From the NCBI RefSeq assembly GCF_036321535.1, contig NC_087449.1, positions 58,094,001-58,158,000 on the forward strand: a stretch of 64,000 nt of DNA. The letters run 5' to 3'. The notes beneath the pieces are model-generated. The model had not been told where the DNA came from. It worked only from the letters and a program-made list of their open reading frames with translations, and searched no databases. Below are positions 54,601 to 64,000 of the stretch, in pieces; position 1 is the stretch's first letter, and each line of letters begins with the position of its first letter. The stretch comes from Camelus dromedarius. Its lineage: Eukaryota. Position numbers and translations under genes: made by a program.

Positions 54601-57600
54601 TAATTAGCTTTTGGTCTTTGCCAATCTGTAATATAGGACAGAGTGGTATCCTGTTGTTTTTTTAACTTGACATTAATTCTAAGTGAGTTTGGTTCTCTTG
54701 TTTGTTAACCATTGCCACTTAACTAAGCCTGATACCTTGATCAAGGCACTTACTTTTCATTCTCTAAGCTTCACTTTCTCAGCTTGAATTTAGGGGTGAT
54801 AGCAGTGCCTACCAAGCAGGATTGCTGCAGGGGTTAAGTAAGGTAATGCCTATTAAGAGGTAGGGTATCTGGCATATAGTAAGCACTAAGTGAATGTTGG
54901 CTGAATTATTTTCTTTGCAGTGAATCAGAAATCCTGCACCATGAGAAGCAGTACGAGCCATTCTACTCATCTTTCGTTGCACTTTCCACGCACTATATTA
55001 CAACAGTTTGTAGCCTTAGTAAGTATTCCTCTCTTGTTACTCGCTTATAAGGGCTTGTGAATGGGGGGATTGTGTATCCTCTTGTTAGGGTGTCTGAACA
55101 AGTTGTTAATGAAGTCTGTTTCAGGTTCATCCAAGAGTGGAGACAACTGTCTATCTGATAAGGCGCTTGACGTTCCTTTACCTAGGCCAAGCAGAAAGGA
55201 TTTAAAAACTGTTTGATTTGGACATCTATTTCATAACCCATTAAGTTAACCTTGCCTTTTAAATCGAAAGCATTTTATTGCCTTCACACACGTGACTACT
55301 AGTGTGCTAATTTCAGGGAGTGGGAGTTGGGGGATTAGGTGGATACTGACCTGGGGTTAGCAGCCACTACCCAAGGCTCTATTCTTGATTTGGTTTTGGT
55401 GAGAAATTAAATTTTTCTTTCGTGTTCTCTGCTATGTGAAGGAATTTCAACTTCAGTTCCCCATCTTTTAAACTTTTCTGTCCCCAAAGTGACCAAGCCC
55501 TTACTTTCCACTATTTCTGAAATTTTGCATTTTCACTTTTTAAAAAACATCCTAACTCATAGTTCTGAAGAATTCTAATTATTTGTTTACTTAAATAGTT
55601 TGCTAAGCAAGTGAAGTGAAAGGAAGTTACAGGGTTGCTGAGTAATCTTTCAGTGTCCAGTGCTGTTTGTCATAGTCATTGACTGCTTGTGTAGAATCAC
55701 TTAGCTTGGGGAAACTTTGAGTAGGAAGCCTGTTGCAAAAAGGGAAAGGAGAGGTTGTATACTCTAGTGGTTAAGAAGAGCATGAACTTCAGAGTCAGGC
55801 TTCCTGGATTTGACTCTATAGATATGTGACTTTGGGCAAGTCATTTAAACCCCTCTGTGGTTTAATTTCCTTATCCTTTAAAAAAAGGGAGAGGAATGGG
55901 TAACAGTAATACTTACCTCATAGAATTGATTTAAGGGTTAAGGGGGTTAATATATTTGAAGTGCTTGGTACTCACTGTGATGTACTTCATATTATAATTA
56001 TCTTTAAGTTGATCTATGAGCAATTGATGGCTATCAATGCCAAGATGCCTTTAGTTGCCTGTTGGGTTGTTGGTTCTGGATAATTATTATCATAGAATGC
56101 TATTGGGAATGTTGGACTTACGGGGCTCAGTACTGGTTTTTTTTTTTGACTTGTGGACTGTGAGGCTGAAGTGAGTTTAGCAGTGTGGGGTTAAGTAAAG
56201 CTTATTACTTTCTCAGTTCCCCGGAACCAACTTCAGTCGGTGGCAGCAGCCTGTAAAGTCCTGATTGAGTTTTCTCTCTTACGTCTGGAGAATCCAGATG
56301 AGGCTTGTGCTGTGTCCCAGGTAAGTGTGATGGGCCCCTTTCTGGCCCTTACTTTAAGGTCGGCCTTGTGACTGGCTAGTGGAATGATGGAGAAGGGATG
56401 CCATAGGGCAGGGGTTGGTAAACTTTTTCTGTAATAGGCCAGATAGTAAATGATTTGCTGACCGTCCAGCCCCTGTTGCAGCTAGTCTCTGCCTTTTAAA
56501 CTCTGCTTTGTAGTGTGAAAGCAGCTGCAGACAATACATAAATGGACGAGCATAGCTGTGGTCTAGTCAACTTCATTTACAAAACCAGGCAGTGGGCTGA
56601 ACTGGGGTGATGGTTTGCCAACCTCTGGTACAGAGGGCTGCAGAGGCCTTTTCAAGGATTGCAGTTATATGCCTGTGGGGGCCAGGCAAGTAACATAAAA
56701 TGAGTCAATGGTAGCTGAGGCGGGTGCATGACTTAGCTATAAAGGGGCCAGTCACTACTTGGCTCTAGCTGATTGTTGCCACTCAGGAGACTCGAAGTGA
56801 GTCTACCTTGTGAATTACTGAGAGAGACAGGAAGTCTGGATTTGTGTGTTAAACCTTCTGTGTTTTAAAAGGTTGGCCATAACTTCAGATTAAGACAACA
56901 ACAACAAAAAGAACACAGTGAGACCATTAGGACAAATTTGTAAGCAGTATGGTCTGAGGACCAACAGCTTGCAGTCTCTGCTTTAGTGTTTTTTTCCTGA
57001 TTTGCAGTTCCTGAGTATCAGAAGAGTAGGCTCTTCTAAAAGACTTACTTGAATTTGTTTTCTTTTCAGAAACACTTGATTCTCCTCATCAAGGGCCTTT
57101 GCACTGGCTGTAGCCGACTGGACAGAACTGAAATTATCACGTTTACAGCAATGATGAAATCGGCCAAGCTGCCACAGACGGTGAAGACGCTCTCAGATGG
57201 TGAGAGTGCCCACTTCCCTGGCCAGCTTTTTCCTTTTTTGCCGTGTAGGGGCACTCCCCTCATCTCTTCTCTTGCTTTTGTTTTTTGTAGTGGAAGATCA
57301 GAAAGAGATGGCCTCACCAGTAAGCCCAGAGCTGAGGCAGAAGGAGGTCCAGATGAATTTTGTGAACCAGCTGACATCAGTTTTCAACCCTAGGACTGTA
57401 GCATCATCGCCCGTAGGTCCACAGGCTCCAGTGAGTTACTTCAGCCAAATGGCCTCATCCTGTGGAGTTTAAGATGATGATACTAGGAAAAAATAGCTAA
57501 CATTTTATATTTAAAATATAAAATGATAAACATGCCTGTGGTAAGAAAAAAGTTGAATACAAACCCAAAGTCTGTAACACTCACCCAGTGTCTTCTGTCT

Positions 57601-59577
57601 AGTCATTAATATTTTGATGATCATTCTTCTATCATTTCTCAATTGCAAATAGGCAGATATACAGAGCATGTGCTCTTGCCTGTTAAAGACATCACTTTAT
57701 ACTAGTTACAGAATATACATATTTTAAAACTATGTATTTTCCCCTCCTCTTGGGAAAATAACTTGTCCTCCCCAACATTAGGGAGGAATTCCACCCTCAT
57801 TAACTGGGGAGTCTGAAGAGTATCCATGGAGCTGCTGCTGAGTTTGGACCGTTGGTTTGGTTCTGAGCTTGAGGGCATCATTCAAGAGATGATAGTATCT
57901 TGGTTGGCCTTTCACATCCTTTGTTTCTCTTCAGGCGGAAGGAGAAAGTGATGAGCAGTCATCCACAGATCAGGCCTCTGCTATCAAAACCAAGAATGTG
58001 TTCATAGCTCAGAATGTGGCTAGTCTTCAGGAGCTTGGTGAGACTCTTAATTGTTGTCAGAAGGCTGGTTTCTCTGCTTTGAAAAACCACTTGAGTGGAA
58101 AAGAATCAAGCAGCAGACAGAAACCTGTTTGTAAGGTTGAGCCTTTTCATTAATTCAGGTGGCTCCGAGAAGCTACTGCGCGTGTGTTTGAACCTGCCGT
58201 ATTTCCTCCGCTACATCAATCGGTTTCAAGATGCAGTGTTAGCCAATTCCTTCTTCATCATGCCTGCAACAGTAGCAGATGCCACTGCTGTTCGTAATGG
58301 GTAAGGTGCTCCAGGGTGCATATGATTTATATTTTGATGCTGCTCTCAAAAAGAGAGAAGCTAGTTCATTTCTCTGGCATGCTGACTTTCTTTAGCTGTT
58401 AGATTATAGAAGCAAGTCATTCAGCGAGACACTTTTGTTAATCTTCTCTTCTGTTGTGTTCCAGTTTTCATTCACTGGTGATCGATGTAACCATGGCATT
58501 GGATACCCTTTCTCTACCTGTGCTGGAACCTCTCAATCCTTCTCGTCTGCAGGATGTGACAGTCCTCAGCCTAAGCTGTTTGTATGCAGGTGCGAAATTA
58601 TTCACATCTGATCTCACTTTCTCAGTCAAGCAGGATTATACTTTCCAGAAACCATGAGGTCCTTCTGAGTACTCTCTCCCCCTTTACTTAGTCCCTTCCC
58701 CCAAGGATCATCTTATATCTCGTAGAGGTGAAATGAGGTCTCAGTAGGAATCTTGTAAATTGCCTTATTGTTCAACTGCTGGCATATGTGCATATTTGAG
58801 TTTCATAGTATGTGCACGTAGTGTCTACTGTGTAAAAAGCAAAATGCCAAGTGCTCTTGGGATATTGAGATAAGCAGTATGTAATCCCTGCCCTCAAGGA
58901 GCCTGTATCTGAGCATTCTAGAATGAGAGGACTGTATTGTATAATGTAAGACAGAAGGTGATAAGGCAGTAAGGGAAGTGTAGAATATGATGGGCACACA
59001 AAGAAGGGAGAGGTTGAGTCTTGCTGTGGGAGTAGGTTTGAGGAGGGCTTCATGGAACAGGTGGTATCTGTTTATATTGATAAATACAAAGTCTTTTCTT
59101 CCTGCTCCCACAAAATCCCCTCTCTTCCTGTTAATTATGCTGCCATGGAAGTGGGGCCTGACAGCTGGTGTTTACTCTCTTTTAAGTTATTGTTACAATG
59201 ACTTTTTAACCCAATTACTGATCCTTAGTTTTAAATGCTATAGTCCTGGTATGTCTTGGGAGGTATAACTATTTCCGCTGTTTACTGGGTTTTGTGAGTA
59301 GGGATTTGAACAGTCTTGGAAACCGGAACTTTGGAGCACAAAGAAATTGATGAAGTTAATCATTTCTTTGAATAGCTTTATTTTAAACATCTCTGTGCAA
59401 ATAGGAATATAAAGATAAAGGCACTTTCAATCGGAGAAGGCAGTAGTCACTAAGGAGTTCTGTTGATGTGTCTTGGAGGGTAGATAGCATTTCAGCTTGG
59501 CTATCCCTAGGCAGAGGCAAAAGCAGGACCTAAAAAACTCTAGAATTAAAGAATGCTAGAGTTTGGGGGAACATACT

Positions 59578-59626
<49 letters not shown>

Positions 59627-62525
59627 GTTAGTGGGTGTTGTATACCTGGAAAGGAAGGAGGACCCAGCTGCACAGGGCTTGGCAGTCTTAAGTCATTTGG
59701 ACCATATCCTGTAGCCATAGAGACCATTAAAGACTCTGAAGTGTGATATGATCTGAGAGATACTTTAGGAAGCACATTCAAGCTGTAATATGCAGGGTAT
59801 TGGTGTGGGGGAATTTGGGAGGCTGGACGACCTGTTAGGAGAAGTTTACAGCCACTCAGGCAAGACATGTGAGGGGCCAGAGCTAGAGCGGCTACAGTGG
59901 GAAGGGAGAGCCCAGGACACGTGTGGCAGTGCGTGCTCTCCAAGCCTATTTCTCACATTTATTTCCTAGCTCTCTGTCTTTGATTTTTGAAGTTTTAGAT
60001 TTGGGATTTATTAATTTCAATTTTCACAGAATTTCTTGAATATCACAAGGCTCTCAGTGTACATAATTGACAAGGATTAAAGATTACTTAAAAATTCTTA
60101 GTTGTTCAAAGAGCCCATGCTTGGTTTGTTGTTAAAATCTGATCATTTGTGGGATTTGATTTAAAGAAAGGGATTTAGCTTTGATGTTGCTGAGAAATCC
60201 TAATTGGGGGATTTTTTTCCCATCATCTTAAAAATCTTAGTACATATTTTAAAATTAATAGATTCCATTTTTAAAGAAGTTTCAGGTTTACAGGAAAATT
60301 AAGCAGATGGTACAGAGTTCCCATATGTTCTCTTCCCTGCACATAGTTTTCCTTATTAACGTATTGCATTAATATGACACGTTTGTTGTAATTGATGAAC
60401 CGATATTGATAGCATTATTACTAACTGATGTCCATAGTTTACATTAGGGCTCCTTATTTGTGTTGTACAGCTCTGTGGGTTTTGACAAACGCACAGTATC
60501 ACGTAACCATCACTGTGTCAGACACAATATTTTCACTGCCCCTGAAATCCACAGTGTTCCACATGGTAATCCCTCTCTCCTACCCCCAACCCTAACCCCT
60601 GGAAACCACTGATCTTTTACTGTGTCCGTAGTTACCTTTCCCAGAATGTGACTAGTTAGAATCAACTATAAAGTTTGTAGCCTTTTCAGACTGGCTTCTT
60701 TTGCTTGGAGACGGGGTTTCAGGATGCCTTGCAGGTATCAAAATCCGTGAATGCTCGAGTCCGTTATGTAAAATGGTGTAGTACAGTCGGCCCTCAGCAT
60801 CTGCAGGTTCTGCATCCACAGATTTCACCAGTTGGATCAAATCTCCAGATGTGGAGCATGCAGATGTGCAGGGCCAACTGTATACATTTAAGGTTCCTCT
60901 GTGTCCTTTTGTGGCTTAGAAGCTCATCTCTTTATTGTTGAATGATAGTCCTTGTATGGATATACTACAATTTGTTTACTGATTCACCTATCAAAGGACA
61001 TCTTGATTGCTTCCATTTGTTGGCAATTACGAATAAAGCTACAATACTTGTGTGCAGATTTTTGTGTGGATGGAAGTTTTCAGCTCATTTGGGTAAATAC
61101 CTAGGAGTGTGATGGCTGGATCATATGGTAACACTATATTTTGTCTTGCCCTTATGGAGTTTACTTTCAGTAATCAAATCCTCAAATTGCTTGTGGGTGG
61201 GTTGTGTTTTTGTGTTTCAGCTTCTTGGAATGTGTGCATCTTTTTTTTTTCAGGTGTGAGTGTGGCAACTTGCATGGCCATCCTTCATGTGGGTAGTGCC
61301 CAGCAAGTGCGGACAGGGTCCACGAGCTCCAAAGAAGAAGACTATGAGAGTGATGCAGCTACGATTGTCCAGAAATGTGTAAGCTACGGCTCTGGGGATG
61401 CGGGAGCCTTGGTTATTCGGATGAGGGAATGTGGCCAGTTCCATTTTCTTCCTTGTTAGAGGGAAGGACGTGGAGTGTTCCACATACCCCATACCCTTAG
61501 GCAGTAGGTCTCAGAGGTAGGCATTTAGTTTCTTTTTTGGCAGATTGGTTGGCTGCAGAAAGCGCTACAGTTTTGTGGTGGCAATAGACTTTGTGAAAAA
61601 TGAATCATTAAATCAACAAATACATTTGAGGGCTTACTTTGTGTCAGTGTACTTTTAATGGAGGCATACGATAGTTTCAGTTGGTGATAAGTGGGTAGGA
61701 TGAACGGATGTGATAGGAAGGGCTCTGATGCGGTCCTGGGTGTGCTGCTTTAGACTGGGTGGGGAGCATCTCTGACAAGGTGGCATGTGAGCTGAATGGA
61801 GAGAGAGCGTCATGTGAAGATGAAGGGAAGTCGTATCATTGGAAGTGGCTTCGAGGATACTTAACTCTTCAGGTTAAATTGATTTGGATAGGATTTAGCA
61901 TTTGTAATGAACTATATCAGCTTGCTCAGATTTTTGTGTGTGTTTGATTTTGGACAGCTTGAAATCTATGACATGATTGGACAAGCAATTAGCAGTTCCC
62001 GCCGGGCTGGTGGTGAGGTAAGAAGCTGATCTCTGCTGTGTTCCCGTCTCACATACATATAGTCTCCCTTTGTTTGTTTTTAAATGAATGTACTGTGGAT
62101 TGAATCGAGGACCTCATGCATGCTAGGCATGTGTGGTACCACTGTGCTCTACTCACACCCCTCCCCAGTTTTAATTAGTTATTTCTTTTAATGGAGGTAC
62201 TGGGGATTGAACCTAGGACCTCATGCATGCTAGACATGCATTCTGCCAATGAGCTATACCTTCCCCTGATCAGTCTCTAAGATGTGTAGCCTTTAAAATC
62301 TGTTTATGTTTATTTCTTGTGCCTTTTTCAACAGCACTATCAGAACTTCCAATTGCTGGGTGCCTGGTGTTTGTTAAATAGCCTTTTCCTCATATTGAAC
62401 CTCAGTCCTACTGCCTTGGCTGATAAGGGGAAAGAGAAAGATCCGCTGGCCGCACTTCGAGTGAGAGACATCCTTTCTCGTACAAAAGAGGGAGTGGGCT
62501 CTCCGAAACTGGGGCCTGGAAAAGG
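47986..62525 (+). CDS. UBR4: E3 ubiquitin ligase UBR4 (p600), exons 1-11, 3'-partial
   Basis: Exons 47986-48161, 54921-55018, 56217-56320, 57070-57199, 57291-57430, 57935-58037, 58159-58300, 58465-58589, 61254-61378, 61958-62017, 62335-62525. All GT-AG with consistent phases (1394 nt). Peptides MATSGGEEAAAAAPAPG...GWEVAVRPLLSASYSAFEMKELPQLVASVIES, GGSEKLLRVCLNLPYFLRYINRFQDAVLANSFF and HYQNFQLLGAWCLLNSLFLILNL. Confidence 0.96.
49531..49645 (-). mobile_element. tRNA-Ala-derived SINE (Vic-1-like)
   Basis: ctggggattgaacccaggacctcgtgcatg...ctaccactaagcta; degenerate flanking direct repeats. Confidence 0.85.
49905..50293 (-). mobile_element. LINE-1 3' end fragment
   Basis: Same L1 3'UTR family as 45970, extending to tctgtctgacttacttcactt...tctctagatccatcc. 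Confidence 0.75.
50660..50972 (-). mobile_element. MER58B-like hAT element
   Basis: aacactttttctgtaaaggg...aatgaatgggcgtggctgtgttcca...gtagtttgccagcccctg. Flanks gtgtagag / gtttggag resemble a hAT 8-bp TSD. Confidence 0.7.
55765..55990 (+). mobile_element. MIR SINE
   Basis: tagtggttaag...gtgactttgggcaagtcatttaaac...acttacctcatag core. Confidence 0.65.
56409..56627 (-). mobile_element. MER58A-like hAT element
   Basis: Termini caggggttggtaaact and ggtttgccaacctctg form inverted repeats; internal ggccagatagtaaat. Confidence 0.75.
59577..59626. repeat. Compound microsatellite (TG)13(AG)12
   Basis: Direct reading. Confidence 0.95.
60250..61140 (-). mobile_element. Old LINE-1 (L1M) fragment with a nested Tigger/MER2-type element (about 60725-60880)
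   Basis: L1MB-like 3'UTR text. The nested part 60784-60880 has inverted ends cagtcggccct / agggccaactg with TA flanks. Confidence 0.65.
62069..62267 (-). mobile_element. Two tandem Vic-1-like SINEs (62069-62166 and 62169-62267) in UBR4 intron 10
   Basis: Each copy has a B box (gattgaa..), the ctcatgcatgctag core, an A-box remnant and a T-rich tail on the plus strand. Confidence 0.85.
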
Positions 62526-63059
62526 GTATGTGTCTGCTTGATTGCTGCTCATGTTGTGTTTTCCTGCCATTTTATATTGATGGGAGCTCCTTTCATCTCT
62601 ATGTCAGTTGAAGAATTTGCCTCCAGCTAGTTGAATTTAACAACTAAGATGATGGTCATAGTTTACTATCTCTATGTCATAGCTGTGTGATGTGGGGTAA
62701 ATCACTCATTGTCTGTGATCTTGTTTCCTTCTCTCTGAGAGGAAGAAAATATCTGTGTAATATGTATTTTAGGACTTCTGTGAGGTTCACATCAGAAAAA
62801 ATGCTTCTATTTTGTGGAATAGGCTCATTTGACTTGGAGTTGGTTATTCACTTGGGTGTTTAACCTGTAAAGTGAGGATTCTGACAGGTCCTCCTGGCTT
62901 ACTTCCTGAAACATTCACTACTGTTTCGATGAAGTATGGACAAAAAGCCTTGCTTGCCAGGAAGGAAGTGAGAAAGATGACTTCTGTGTTGTTCAAAGTT
63001 TTATTTTCTAGGCCCAGTCATTTCTGGATTTTATTTTACTTTTTTTAGTCCCTACCATG

Positions 63060-64000
63060 TGCTGCTAGGCTCTGTGCAGGCCTTGAGGGCACAGCACTAA
63101 TCAAAGCAGTCCCCTCACCTTTATGGAGTTTATTTTCTAGCTAGAGCAATAGTGAACAAATACATTAGTAAATTCATAATAGATTATCGTTTATGAGTGT
63201 TGTGAAGGAAAATAAGCCAAACAGGGGTTAGAGAGTGGCGAGGGCTGTTATTTTAGTTAGCATGGTCAGGAAAGGGCTCTGAAGACGAGATACAGAGAAC
63301 ACACATGAAGTGACAGTGAGCTGTGCAGATATTTGGGGTAGATTTGTTTAGGTTTTGAGGTGGAAGTTTGATTGGCATTTTTAAGAATCAGCAAGGTCAC
63401 TGTGGCTAGAGTAGAGAAATCAAGGAGGGAGAGGGGTCAAAAATTAGGTCAGAGAGGTGGCCAGGGCCCAGATCACCTAGAGCCAACTGTAATCAGTAGC
63501 TGTTACAGGGTTTTCAAGAGGCGAGTGATAATAATCTGATTTATTAGTGACGTAAGAACCCAGCTGCTGTGTGGAGAATGGACTGCAAGGTTGTAAGGCA
63601 AGAGGGAGAGAGAACAGTTAGGAAGCTAATGAATTACTAGAAATAGGAGATGAAGGGGACTTGGAATAGGGTTGGTGGTGGTAAAGGCAGGGAGAAGAGG
63701 TCAAATCAGAATATGTTTTGAAGGTATAGCTGACAGGATTTGCTGATGGCTTGGAGGTTGAGCGTGAAAAACGCGTCAGAATTTTTTGGTGTGAGCACCT
63801 GGGTTGTGTAATTTACTGGGATAGGAAACAGCAGTTTAGGAGTAGATTGGGTGGCAGGAAGGGGAAGAAATAAAGAATTTAATCTGGGCCATGCTGAGTT
63901 TGAGATGACTGTCAAATCTCTATATGTTGAGTACGCAGTTGGGTATGTGAGTCTGGAGTTCAAAGAGGAAGTCAAATTCTGGACCTTACTCAGCAGATTA
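63060..64000 (-). mobile_element. LINE-2 fragment, running to the window edge
   Basis: Same L2 motifs as 34795-36005 (cagcaaggtcactgtggctagag, gagttttgagatg, gagtctggagttca). Confidence 0.7.

Overview
Mammalian genomic DNA, very likely a camelid (alpaca/llama/camel), judged from six copies of a tRNA-Ala-derived SINE resembling camelid Vic-1. It is syntenic, from recall, with human 1p36.13. Five spliced protein-coding genes were reconstructed by hand from splice sites and reading phase. SLC66A1/PQLC2 (minus) contributes only its first coding exon, which the ORF track misses. AKR7A2 (plus) is complete with 7 exons, MRTO4 (minus) is complete with 8, and EMC1 (plus) has 23 with part of exon 14 hidden by Ns. 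UBR4 (plus) has exons 1-11 and continues past the window. There are three CpG-island promoters: two are head-to-head gene pairs, and the third has a candidate divergent non-coding transcript. Introns hold the usual L1, L2, MIR, MaLR, Tigger and MER elements. Nearly all ORF-track entries are spurious or exon fragments. I found no convincing previously undescribed biological system, and no CRISPR, rRNA or true tRNA. The best leads are an inverted pair of L1 tails around the EMC1 distal poly(A) signals, a candidate antisense splice donor at the UBR4 promoter, a ~460-bp intronic duplication cutting a Tigger element, a single AKR7A copy with dual start codons, and frame-exact N-runs. Family names for repeats and comparisons with human proteins come from memory, not database searches.
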